From positions 224,001 to 288,000 of the forward strand of contig CAVYTA010000007.1 of the NCBI GenBank assembly GCA_963771355.1: a stretch of DNA of 64,000 bases. Reading direction: 5' to 3'. Shown here piece after piece: positions 20,262 to 32,003 of the stretch (position 1 is its first letter; each line of letters begins with the position of its first letter). The notes below the pieces were generated by a model, which saw only the letters and a program-made list of their open reading frames with translations, had not been told where the DNA came from and did not search any database. The translations under genes were made by a program, and so were the position numbers. This stretch comes from an uncultured Candidatus Rokubacteria bacterium (lineage in GTDB: Bacteria > Methylomirabilota > Methylomirabilia > Rokubacteriales > CSP1-6).

Positions 20262-20879
20262 TCAGAGCCAGCCGCGCAGGCGGTAGTAGCACCAGGCGGC
20301 GAGCTCGATGCCCACCTCGCGCAGCAGATGCAGGCGCGCCTCGGCCCCGGCGGGCCCGCCGCCTTCCGTGTGGGCGCCGAGCACGGTGAAGCCGCGCCGC
20401 TCGAGGAGCGCCCGGGTACGGGGCATGTCGATGGGGTCGACGACCAGCAGGATGCGCTGGATGCCGCGCGGCTTCAGCAGGCCCTCGAGGAGGGCAGCCT
20501 CCTCCCGGGTGGTGTGGGCCCCGGGGGCGGGGAGCAGACTCTCGGCGTCGATCCCCAGGCCGCGGGCCAACCGCACCCGCGCATCGATCTCGTCATCGTC
20601 GCCGGTGAACACGATGAGCGGCGACAGCCCCTTCTTCTGGAGCGCGATGGCGCGGAGGGTCCGGCGCAGCGAGGCGTTGGTGAGCACCTCGTCCGCGTCC
20701 GACCCCCCGCGGCCGGGCACCACGATGGCCTGCGCGGGTCGGAGCTCGAGGGGGCCGGCCATCCAGCGGTTGAGCTCGTTGGCGAGGGGGGTGAAGCCGC
20801 CGACGACGAGCAGGAGGAGCCCGGCGGCGCCGAGCAGGCGGAGAACACGCGACCGCCTCCCGTCCTCCGCGCGTGGCAC
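20262..20879 (-). CDS. YdcF/ElyC (DUF218) family protein
   Basis: AIVVPG, IVFTG, HTTREEA, LLVVD..DMPR, LRE; N-terminal TM. Confidence 0.8.
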   Translation of the reverse strand: MPRAEDGRRSRVLRLLGAAGLLLLVVGGFTPLANELNRWMAGPLELRPAQAIVVPGRGGSDADEVLTNASLRRTLRAIALQKKGLSPLIVFTGDDDEIDARVRLARGLGIDAESLLPAPGAHTTREEAALLEGLLKPRGIQRILLVVDPIDMPRTRALLERRGFTVLGAHTEGGGPAGAEARLHLLREVGIELAAWCYYRLRGWL

Positions 20880-21020
20880 GGACGGATGATGCGCCAATCC
20901 GCGCATGCATGGCAAGCGGGTCGGCGGGGGCACCGGGGGCATCGCTTGACGCGGCCGCGCTCGTGCCGGACTCTAGAGGCCCGTGACTTATTCCGCGCCG
21001 CCCGACCCGACCCGTCTCGC

Positions 21021-24000
21021 ATGACCGCGTGTCCCCGCTGCGGGCACCCGGCGCTCGCGGGGGCTCGCTTCTGCTCCGCGTGCGGGACGCCGCTGGTGGC
21101 GCCGCCCGATCCCGCGCGCTTCGGCTCGCCGGGCGCCTACACGCCCGCCCATCTCGCCGAGCGCATCCGCGGCTCGCGCGAGGCGCTGGCCGGCGAGCGC
21201 AAGCAGGTCACCGTGCTCTTCGCCGACATGCAGGGCTCGATGGAGCTGCTCGCGGACCGGGATCCCGAGGAGGCGGGCCGTATCCTCGACCAGGTCCTCG
21301 AGCAGATGATGGAAGCCGTGCACCGCTACGAGGGCACCGTGAACCAGGTGATGGGCGACGGGATCATGGCGCTGTTCGGTGCCCCGCTCGCCCACGAGGA
21401 CCATGCCGTGCGGGCCGCCTACGCGGCCCTCCGCATGCAGGAGCGCATCGGCGCCTTCGGCGACCGCATGCAGCGCGCGGCGGGGGTGCCGCTGCAGATC
21501 CGCGTGGGCATCAACTCGGGCGAGGTGATGGTGCGCGCGATCGAGAACGATCTCTCCATGTCCTATACCGCGGTGGGCCCCACCGTGCATCTCGCCGCGC
21601 GCATGGAGCAGATGGCCAAGCCCGGCTCCATCCTCGCCACCGCCGACACGGTGGCCCTGGGCGGGGGCCGCGTGGTGACGCGCTCGCTGGGCCTCATCCC
21701 GGTGCGCGGCCTTCACGCCCCGGTGGAGGTGCACGAGGTGACGGGAGCCGCCACCGCCCCCTCCCGCGCCGACGCCGCCGCCGCGCGCGGGCTCTCCCCC
21801 TTCGTGGGCCGCGACACGGAGCGCGCCGCGCTCCTGGCCGCGCTCGACGCCGCCGCGGGCGGGGGCGGCCCGGTGGTGGCGATGGTGGGCGAGGCCGGCG
21901 TGGGCAAGTCGCGTCTCGTCCGCGAGTTCACCCGGCTCGCGCGCGAGCAGGGCGCCCTGGTGCTGGAGACGGCGACCGTCTCCTACGGCCGGGCGGTCGG
22001 GCACCGCGCCGGCATCGAGCTCAACCGCCGCTTCTTCCAGATCGAGCGGGGCGACGACGAGGCCGTCGCGCGCGAGAAGATCGCCGCCGGCATGCGCGCG
22101 GTGGACCGCGGCCTCGAGGACGGCATCGCCGCCGTGCAGTGGCTGCTGGGGGTGCCGCCGGCCGCGAGTCCGTTTCTCGCCCTGGATCCCGGCGCGCGCC
22201 GGCGCCGGGCGGTGGAGGTGCTCGTTCGCCTGGTGGACGGGCTGTGCGCGCGCCAGCCGGTGGTGCTGGTGTTCGAGGATCTGCAGTGGCTGGACTCCGA
22301 GGGCGCGGAGGCGCTCGACTACATGGCCACGCACATGCCGAAGCGCGCGCTGCTGCTGGTCACTTACCGGCCCGAGCACGACGACCGGTGGCACCGGGTG
22401 CCGGGCTATGCCCGGCTGCGGCTCGAGCCTCTGGCCCCGCCGGCGGCGCAGGCGCTGCTCGCTTCGCTCCTCGGCCCCGCCGAGGACACCGGCCCCATCA
22501 GCCGTCTCGTCGCCGAGCGCGGCCGGGGCAACCCGCTCTTCCTGGAGGAATGCGTGCGGAGCCTCGCGGACACCGGCGTCCTCGCGGGCTCGCGCGGCGC
22601 CTATCGCGTGGTCCGGCCGGCGGCGACCCTGGAGGTACCCGCCAGCGTGCGCGCGGTGCTCGCCGCGCGCATCGACCGCCTGCCCGCGGAGCAGAAGCGG
22701 CTCCTGCAGGCGGCGTCGGTGGTGGGCGAGGACGTGCCGGTGCCGCTGCTCGAGGCCATCGTGGACCTGCCCGTCGAGCGCGTGCGCGCGGCGCTCGACG
22801 AGCTGCGCGGCGCCGAGCTGCTTGCCGAGGCCTCCCTCTTTCCCGACCCGGTCTACGCCTTCCGGCACGCCCTCGCTCACGACGTGGCGTACGCGAGCCT
22901 GCTCCACGAGGGCCGGCGCGCGCTCCACGCGCGCATCGTGGAGACCATCGAGCGGCTCTACGCGGGGCGGCTGGACGATCAGATCGAGCGCCTGGCCCAC
23001 CACGCCTTCACCGGAGAGCAGTGGGCGCGCGCGGTGCACTACTGCCGCGAGGCCGGCCTGCGCGCGCTCGCGCGGCTGAGCTGTCCCGAGGCGGTGGAGC
23101 GGCTCGAGCGCGCCCTGGAGGCCCTCGGCCATCTCCCCGCCTCGGAGGAGTCGCGGCGGCTCGCGGTGGACCTCCGGTTCAACCTGGGGGCGGCGCTGGT
23201 TCCGCTGGGCGCGCATGCGCGGGCTCTGGGCGTCCTCCGCGAGGCGGAGGCCCTCGCGGGGACGCTGGGCGACGAGCGGCGGCTGGCGCGCGCGCTCTCC
23301 TATCAGAGCAACATGCACTGGGAGATGGGCGACGCCGAGGCGGCCAGCGAGGCGGGCCGGCGTGCGCTCGCCATCGCGGAGCGCGCCGAGGACCTCGCGC
23401 TCCAGGTGGTGGGCAACTTCAGCCTGGCCGGCGCCACGCGCTCTCTCGGCGACTATCCGCGCGCGGCCGAGCTCCTGCGGCGGAACGTGGCCCTCCTCGA
23501 AGGCGACTTGCGCTACGAGACCTTCGGCCTCGCCGGGCTCGCGTCCGTGATGTCGCGCAGCCATCTCGCGTGGAGCCTGGCCGAGCTGGGGGAGTTCGAC
23601 GAGGCCATCGCGCGCGCGGAGGAAGGGATCCGCCTGGCGGAAGCGACGGGTCACGTGTACAGCCTGGCCTACGCCTGTCTCGGGCTGGGCGGCGCGCTCC
23701 TCCGCCGCGGCCGGCTCGGCGCCGCGCAGGGCGTGCTCGAGCGGGGTCTCGCCCTCTGCGAGGAGGTGCCGGGACTCTTCCCGCCCTTCGCCGGCGATCT
23801 CGCCCTCGTGCGCGCGCTGGGCGGCCGTGCGACGGAGGCGGTGGAGCTGGCGGCCCAGGGCGTGGCGCGAGCCGAGCGCATGGGCCGCCTCGGTCGGCTG
23901 TCCCTCATCGCCACCCACCTCGGCGAGGTGCAGCTGCTCGCCGGGCGGCTCGACGAGGCGGCCGAGCAGGGCCGGCGTGCGCTCTCCCTGGCGCGGACAC

Positions 24001-24353
24001 AGAAGGAGCGCGGCAATCAGGTGTACGCGCTGCGGCTGCTGGGCCTCGTGGCGAGCGAGACGCTGCCGGCGGACCGCGATGCCGTTGCGCGTTACGAGAG
24101 CGCCGCCCGATACTTCGACGAGGCGCTGGCCCTGGCGGAGGCGCTGGGAATGCGGCCGCTGATCGCGCGCTGCCGCCTGGGGCTGGGCCGGCTGGCGCGG
24201 CGCGCGGGCGACGCCGGGACCGCCGCGCGGCACCTCGACGCGGCGACCGCGCTGCTCCACGAGCTGGGAATGACCTACTGGCTGGAGCGCGTGGATCTCG
24301 ACCCCGCCGGCCGCGCCTCGTCCCTGGGGCCTCCCGGGGCCGCCACGAGGTGA
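21021..24353 (+). CDS. Zinc-ribbon class III adenylate/guanylate cyclase with AAA ATPase and TPR domains
   Basis: CPRCG..FCSACG, VLFAD, MGDGIMALFG, HLAARME, GEAGVGKS, FEDLQW, GNPLFLEE, TPR tail. Confidence 0.93.
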   Translation: MTACPRCGHPALAGARFCSACGTPLVAPPDPARFGSPGAYTPAHLAERIRGSREALAGERKQVTVLFADMQGSMELLADRDPEEAGRILDQVLEQMMEAVHRYEGTVNQVMGDGIMALFGAPLAHEDHAVRAAYAALRMQERIGAFGDRMQRAAGVPLQIRVGINSGEVMVRAIENDLSMSYTAVGPTVHLAARMEQMAKPGSILATADTVALGGGRVVTRSLGLIPVRGLHAPVEVHEVTGAATAPSRADAAAARGLSPFVGRDTERAALLAALDAAAGGGGPVVAMVGEAGVGKSRLVREFTRLAREQGALVLETATVSYGRAVGHRAGIELNRRFFQIERGDDEAVAREKIAAGMRAVDRGLEDGIAAVQWLLGVPPAASPFLALDPGARRRRAVEVLVRLVDGLCARQPVVLVFEDLQWLDSEGAEALDYMATHMPKRALLLVTYRPEHDDRWHRVPGYARLRLEPLAPPAAQALLASLLGPAEDTGPISRLVAERGRGNPLFLEECVRSLADTGVLAGSRGAYRVVRPAATLEVPASVRAVLAARIDRLPAEQKRLLQAASVVGEDVPVPLLEAIVDLPVERVRAALDELRGAELLAEASLFPDPVYAFRHALAHDVAYASLLHEGRRALHARIVETIERLYAGRLDDQIERLAHHAFTGEQWARAVHYCREAGLRALARLSCPEAVERLERALEALGHLPASEESRRLAVDLRFNLGAALVPLGAHARALGVLREAEALAGTLGDERRLARALSYQSNMHWEMGDAEAASEAGRRALAIAERAEDLALQVVGNFSLAGATRSLGDYPRAAELLRRNVALLEGDLRYETFGLAGLASVMSRSHLAWSLAELGEFDEAIARAEEGIRLAEATGHVYSLAYACLGLGGALLRRGRLGAAQGVLERGLALCEEVPGLFPPFAGDLALVRALGGRATEAVELAAQGVARAERMGRLGRLSLIATHLGEVQLLAGRLDEAAEQGRRALSLARTQKERGNQVYALRLLGLVASETLPADRDAVARYESAARYFDEALALAEALGMRPLIARCRLGLGRLARRAGDAGTAARHLDAATALLHELGMTYWLERVDLDPAGRASSLGPPGAATR

Positions 24354-24357
24354 TACC

Positions 24358-25227
24358 ATGCCGCCCATGAACGGCGCGCTCACGAGCATGGCGGAGGCCG
24401 CCCGGCTCGTCCGGAACGGCGACCGCGTGGTCTACGTCGGCTACATGCGGATGGAGCCGGTGGCGTTCTTCCACGAGCTCCTCCGCCAGCGCCGGCGGGA
24501 CCTCCACCTCGTGCTGGCTCCCAGCTCGGGGTGGGTGGCCGACATGATGATCGGCGCCGGCGCCCTGGCCGACATCGAGTTCTCGAGCCTGTCCTTCATG
24601 GAATATGGCTTCGCGCCGAACTTCCGGCGCCGAGCGGAGGCGGGGAGCCTCCGCTACCTCGAGCACTCCTGACCCGCCCTCATGAGCGCACTCCAGGCTG
24701 GAGTGATGAACGTCCCCTTCGTGCCGGTGCGCGGGCTCCTGGGCACGGACTACATGAAGGTGCGGCCGGACTTCCGTGCGGTCCCCAATCCCTACGATCC
24801 CCGTGAGGAGATCGCGCTGGTGCCCGCCATCGCGCCCGACGTCGCCGTCTTCCACGGCATCCGCGGCGACCGCCACGGCAATGTCATCACCAGCGGGGTG
24901 CTGGACGCCAAGCTCATCGCGCAGGCCTCGCGGCGCGCGGTGGCCACGGTGGAGGAAGTCTCGGACGGCGACCTCACGCTCGAGCCGCACACCGGGGTGC
25001 TCGTCCCCGGCATCCACGTCTCCGCGGTCGTGCACGCGCCGCGCGGCGCCCATCCCACCGCCTTCGAGGGCAAGTATCCGGTGGACGGCGAGCACGTGCG
25101 CGAGTACGTGAGCGCCGCCGGGAGCGAGGCCACCTTCGCCGAGTGGCTGGACCGCTACGTGTACGGGGTGCTCGACCACGCCGCGTACCTCGAGCGCGTC
25201 GGGCTCGCAGCCGCGGCGGCCCGCTGA
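24358..25227 (+). CDS. Class I CoA-transferase-like alpha subunit with in-frame UGA, probably selenocysteine (U105)
   Basis: ORFs 24358-24672 and 24682-25227 share a frame and join as LEHS-U-PALMSALQAG..VPFVPVRGLLGTD..PAIAPDVAVFHG..GNV..HPT; SD GAGGTG. Confidence 0.88.
24680..24709 (+). promoter_or_regulatory. Putative bacterial SECIS element
   Basis: UCAU-[GAGCG]-CACUCCA-GGC-UGGAGUG-AUGA; 7-bp upper stem starts 17 nt after the UGA; G-led apical loop. Confidence 0.75.
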
Positions 25228-25241
25228 AGCCGACGGGCCGG

Positions 25242-25976
25242 ATGGCCCCCACCGCCGATGAGCCCACCCGCGCCGAGGTGATGGCGGTCGCCATCGCGCG
25301 GCGCCTGCGCGACGGCGAGACCATCGCGGTGGGCTCGGTGTCGCCCATCCCCGCCAGCGCCTGCCTTCTCGCCAAGCGGCTCCACGCCCCGGCGGCGCGC
25401 CTCATCCTCCTCGGCAGCCGCGCCCACTTCCCCTTCAATGGCGGGGTGCAGGAGTTCTACAACTACGCGGTGCGGGGACGGCTGGACGTCTTCTTCGCCA
25501 GCGGGGCGCAGATCGACGGCCACGGCAACTTCAACCTCAGCGTGATCGGGGACTACGACCGGCCCACCGTCCGGCTGCCGGGCGGGCGCGCCAACGGCAT
25601 CCTCTCCTTCGTGGCCAAGCGCCTCATCCTCTTCCGCACCGAGCACAGCCGCCGCGTCTTCGTGCCCCGGGTGGACTTCATCACCTCGCCCGGCACCACC
25701 CCGGAGGGCGTGTACCGGATCGGCGGGCTCCACGCGGTGGTGACCGACCTCTGCGTGTTCGAGTTCGATCGCGCGAAGGGCCGCCTCGAGCTGGGCACGG
25801 TGCATCCGGGGGTGACCCTGGCGGAGGTCGAGAGCCGGACCGGGTTTCCCCTGCACGCGCCCTCGCCCGTGCCCGCCTCGCCGACCCCGAGCGCGGAGGA
25901 GCTGGCGCTCCTGCGCGGGCCGGTGCGCGAGGAGCTCGGCACCTTCTACCCGGAGTTCGTCAAGCAGCAGTCTTGA
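25242..25976 (+). CDS. Class I CoA-transferase-like beta subunit lacking the canonical Glu
   Basis: DVFFASGAQIDGHGNFN, RLPGG, FVPRVDFITSPG, VVTDL, VHPGVT. Confidence 0.9.
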   Translation: MAPTADEPTRAEVMAVAIARRLRDGETIAVGSVSPIPASACLLAKRLHAPAARLILLGSRAHFPFNGGVQEFYNYAVRGRLDVFFASGAQIDGHGNFNLSVIGDYDRPTVRLPGGRANGILSFVAKRLILFRTEHSRRVFVPRVDFITSPGTTPEGVYRIGGLHAVVTDLCVFEFDRAKGRLELGTVHPGVTLAEVESRTGFPLHAPSPVPASPTPSAEELALLRGPVREELGTFYPEFVKQQS

Positions 25977-26054
25977 CGGGAGCCTCGGAAATAGGCAATA
26001 AGTATCGGGTTGCCCCGGATCACCCATTCTGAATCGCACAGGGAGATATCGCAC

Positions 26055-28535
<2,481 letters not shown>

Positions 28536-28550
28536 TCCTCTTCCCTCTCC

Positions 28551-28588
28551 CCCCTCACCCCGACCCTCTCCCCCACGGGGGAGGGGGG
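28551..28588. repeat. REP-like palindrome/terminator after hppA
   Basis: CCCCTCACCCCGACCCTCTCCCCC-ACG-GGGGAGGGGGG. Confidence 0.55.
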
Positions 28589-28848
28589 TAGGGCTTCACC
28601 CGCTCCCTGCTGGCGAGGGGGAAGACGCTGACCGAGGCCGGCGGCTGTGCCGCCGCCAAACTAGCGGAATCTGCTCGCCCTGGCGTCGTGGGGCGACTCC
28701 CAGTCATACTCCTCGCGGACGTTTATTTCCCCTTCGCCAATCCGCCGGGCCCTGATTGACGTTTTATAGGTCGATGCGGGATTGCTGCGGCAATGCTGAA
28801 CCGTTAACCGCCTGGCCCGATCCTTCCCTGGACAACAGGGCCGGCTAG

Positions 28849-29160
28849 ATGAGCGACGACTGCGTCCTGCCCGAGAAGGTCCGCGAACTGATCCAAGCCG
28901 GGAAGCTGCCCCGGCGGGCCCCAGAGCGTACGTGGGGAGGATCAGGTGTCGGGGCTGACTGCGCGATCTGTGATGTGCCGGTGAAGCGTGACGAGCTTGA
29001 ACTCGAGATTGAATACGCACGGGACGGCAATGATGGCACCCTGGACAACTATCATGTCCACGTCCGCTGCTTCGTGGTCTGGGAGCATGAGCGCCACCAC
29101 CTCGAACAGGCGCCTGGGCCCCCATGGCTGAGGGCGGCACCGTCAGAGTCAACCCCGTGA
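28849..29160 (+). CDS. Small hypothetical protein with a CxxC...HxxC zinc-finger-like motif
   Basis: WGGSGVGADCAIC...HVRCF. Confidence 0.7.
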   Translation: MSDDCVLPEKVRELIQAGKLPRRAPERTWGGSGVGADCAICDVPVKRDELELEIEYARDGNDGTLDNYHVHVRCFVVWEHERHHLEQAPGPPWLRAAPSESTP

Positions 29161-29208
29161 GCTTCCCCGTCTTGACCGGAACGACCAACGACGGCATACT
29201 GCCCGGCG

Positions 29209-29863
29209 GTGGCTGCGGCGCAAACTCCAGATCAGGACCGGCAGCGTGATCCCGAGACGACCCTGGGTGATTTGCTCTACGCCAACAAGGCGAAGACGCC
29301 CATTCCCGAGAGCGACTGGGTCGGACTCGTCCAGTCCATCGCTCGAGGCGACCAGTTGGCGCTGCATGCACTCTACACGCAGGCACATCGAATCGTGTTC
29401 ACCTTGATCATGCGGATCACCAGCAATCGGGCAACCTCTGAAGAGCTGACGCTGGATGTGTTCTACGATGTGTGGCGACGAGCCTCGTCGTACGATCCGG
29501 AGGGCGGCCCCGTCATCGGATGGATCATGAACCAAGCGCGGTCCAGAGCGATTGACCGGTTGCGGTTCGACCAGCGGAAGAAACGCGTCAACGATCATGC
29601 GGACGGTCCACTTCCGGTGACGGCTTCGCGTGGCCCCGACGAGGCCTTCGACGCTCAGAGAGCAGGGCCAGCTCTTGCGAGAGGCCTTGAAGGTACTCTC
29701 TCCGCAAGAGCGACAGGCTATCGAAACCGCATTTTTCTCCGAGATGACGTATGCCGAAGCAGCAGCACAATTGAATCAACCCCTCGGAACCGTGAAGACA
29801 CGAATCCGCTCCGGATTGGCAGCACTCCGACAGGCGCTCACCGACGCATTGAGGGCCCGATGA
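29209..29863 (+). pseudogene. ECF sigma factor with a +1 frameshift near 29655
   Basis: Sigma2 (GDQLALHALY..WIMNQARSRAIDRLR) and sigma4 (LSPQERQAI..PLGTVKTRIRSGL) lie in different frames. Confidence 0.87.
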
Positions 29864-30441
29864 GTTCAGAATCGAGCCACCACGATCGGGACCGCCTGGA
29901 ATCGGTGTTCCTTTACGCCTTGCAGGTCCTTCCCTCGAGCGAGCGTCTCCTCGTGGAGGCGCATATCTCCGCGTGTGCGGATTGCCGGCACGAACTGGAG
30001 ACGCTTCGCCCAGTCATCGGCGCCTTCACCTCCTGGCCAACCGATGTGCTGCGACCATCGGCATCGCTATGGGAACGCCTTGCCCAGCGAATCGCGGCGG
30101 AGACGGGCGAGGCGCCGGGGATATCAGCGCCTCGCCGACTGGCTGAACCGGAATGGGAAGAGGCGGCGCCTGGCATCTCCTGCAAACTCCTCGCCACGGA
30201 TACAGAGAAACACCGCGTCAGCATGCTCGTGCGGCTCGCGCCGGGAGCCGAGTATCCGCCTCATCGTCATGCCGGAATCGAAGAGTTGTATCTGTTGCAT
30301 GGTGAGCTGACGATCGACGACAAGAAGCTCTATCCTGGGGACTACAACCGGGCGGAGCCTGGCACCGCCGATCAGCGTATCTGGAGCGAGACCGGCTGTA
30401 CGTGCGTTCTCCTCACCTCGACCCGAGACGTTCTTCGCTGA
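29860..30441 (+). CDS. ChrR-like anti-sigma factor (ZAS + cupin_7)
   Basis: HISACADC (HxxxCxxC), YPPHRHAGIEE cupin; ATGA overlap with the sigma stop. Confidence 0.88.
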   Translation: MSSESSHHDRDRLESVFLYALQVLPSSERLLVEAHISACADCRHELETLRPVIGAFTSWPTDVLRPSASLWERLAQRIAAETGEAPGISAPRRLAEPEWEEAAPGISCKLLATDTEKHRVSMLVRLAPGAEYPPHRHAGIEELYLLHGELTIDDKKLYPGDYNRAEPGTADQRIWSETGCTCVLLTSTRDVLR

Positions 30442-30515
30442 GTGTGCTTCGCGGTCGGACGGCCTCGCTTCCGTGCGGGTCCGGAAGACGGGGGCGGGTG
30501 TAGGCTGAACGCTAC

Positions 30516-31517
30516 ATGATCCTCGGGGTGCTCGACCAGTCTCCCATCCGGAGCGGCGGGACCGCGGCCGAGGCCATCCAGGAGACGCTGCAGCTCGCCG
30601 AGCGCGCCGATCGTCTCGGCTATCACCGGTACTGGCTGGCCGAGCATCACAGTAGCGGCGGGCTGGCCGGCTCCGCTCCCGAGGTCCTCATCGGCCAGGT
30701 CGCGTCGCGGACCTCGCGCATCCGCGTGGGCTCGGGCGGCGTCATGCTCAGCCACTACAGCGCCCTCAAGGTGGCCGAGAACTTCCGCGTGCTGGAGGCG
30801 CTGTTCCCCGGCCGCATCGACCTCGGCATCGGCCGCGCGCCCGGCAGCGACCAGCGCACCGCGCGGGCGCTGCGACAGGGGCCGGGGGCGCTGGGGCTGG
30901 AGCAGTTCCCCCAGCAGCTCGCCGATCTCATCAGCTTTCTCCACGACGAGCTGCCGCCCGGCCATCCCTTCACCGGGGTGCGCGCGATGCCGGCCGGCCC
31001 CACCGCGCCGCCGCTCTGGATCCTCGGCTCGAGCGGGGAGGGGGCGTTGCTGGCGGCGCATTTCGGCACCGCGTTCTCCTACGCGCATTTCATCAATGCG
31101 GACGGCGGCACCGAGGCGACGCGCGCGTACCGGGAGAGCTTCCGGCCCTCGCCCCGCCTGGCGGCTCCCCAGGCCAGCGTGGCCGCCTTCGTGCTGTGCG
31201 CGGACACCGAGGAGCAGGCCGATCGGCTGGCCCGCTGCCGCGACCTCTTCATCGTGCGGCTGTACACGGGACGGTTCGGGCCCTTCCCGTCGGTGGAGGA
31301 AGCGGCCGCGTACGCGTTCAGCCCGCCGGAGCTGGCCATCGTGGAGCAGGCACGCGCCCGCACGGTGGCGGGCACGCCGGACCGCGTGAAGGCGCGGCTG
31401 GAGGCGCTCGCCTCGGACTATGGGGTGGACGAGGTGGTGGTGGTCACCATCGCCCACGAGTTCAAGGCCCGCCTGCGCTCCTACGAGCTGCTGGCGGAGG
31501 TGTTCGGCCTCTTCTGA
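30516..31517 (+). CDS. LLM-class flavin-dependent oxidoreductase (YhbW-like)
   Basis: YWLAEHH, RVGSGGVML, GRIDLGIGRAPG. Confidence 0.92.
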   Translation: MILGVLDQSPIRSGGTAAEAIQETLQLAERADRLGYHRYWLAEHHSSGGLAGSAPEVLIGQVASRTSRIRVGSGGVMLSHYSALKVAENFRVLEALFPGRIDLGIGRAPGSDQRTARALRQGPGALGLEQFPQQLADLISFLHDELPPGHPFTGVRAMPAGPTAPPLWILGSSGEGALLAAHFGTAFSYAHFINADGGTEATRAYRESFRPSPRLAAPQASVAAFVLCADTEEQADRLARCRDLFIVRLYTGRFGPFPSVEEAAAYAFSPPELAIVEQARARTVAGTPDRVKARLEALASDYGVDEVVVVTIAHEFKARLRSYELLAEVFGLF

Positions 31518-31990
31518 TGCCCGTTCAGCCGCACCGTCTCGCCCAGGGCGGCGGCAAGGTTGCGGCGGGCGGCCACCAGGCTCGGGTGTACCTCCAGGCA
31601 ACGGCGGAAGAGGTCCGCGGCCTCGCGGTGCTGGCCCAGCGCCATGTGGCACAGCCCCTGACCGGACAGCGCGCCGAAGTGGCGCGGCTTGCGCGCGATG
31701 GTCTCGGCGCAGTCGGCGATGGCGCCCGCGAAATCCTCCGCGAGGTAGCGGACGGTGGCGCGCTTGTTCCAGCCCTCCGCGAAGTCCGGCGCGATCTCGG
31801 TGACGTGGGCGAAGAGCTCCTCGGCGCGGGGGAAGTCGCGCCGCTCCATGGCCGCCACGCCGTCGCGCATCAGCCGGTCCACCTCGGGGATCCCGGAGTG
31901 CGTCCACATCTCCCAGAGCACGGCCTCGGCGCGTGCGACCCGCGCCGGATCGTCGCCGAGGAGCTCGCGGTACGCTTCGTTCTCGTTCAC
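31481..31990 (-). CDS. TPR protein
   Basis: PDFAEGWNKRA, PRHFGALSGQG. Confidence 0.85.
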   Translation of the reverse strand: MNENEAYRELLGDDPARVARAEAVLWEMWTHSGIPEVDRLMRDGVAAMERRDFPRAEELFAHVTEIAPDFAEGWNKRATVRYLAEDFAGAIADCAETIARKPRHFGALSGQGLCHMALGQHREAADLFRRCLEVHPSLVAARRNLAAALGETVRLNGHQKRPNTSASSS

Positions 31991-32003
31991 GGGATCCTCT
32001 CGC

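Noticed and set aside
20988..24389. 1133-aa antisense and 1113-aa alternate-frame ORFs, and other long shadow ORFs
   Set aside because: Arg/Ala/Gly/Pro-rich shadows of a motif-supported gene
24358..25227. Two separate genes or a simple nonsense pseudogene
   Set aside because: The ATG at 24682 has no SD and splits a conserved motif; TGA at a Cys-type column plus the hairpin favours Sec, although a read error is not excluded
29209..30441. Natural 410-aa sigma/anti-sigma fusion
   Set aside because: The linker is out-of-frame sigma4, and a normal ATGA junction exists at 29860
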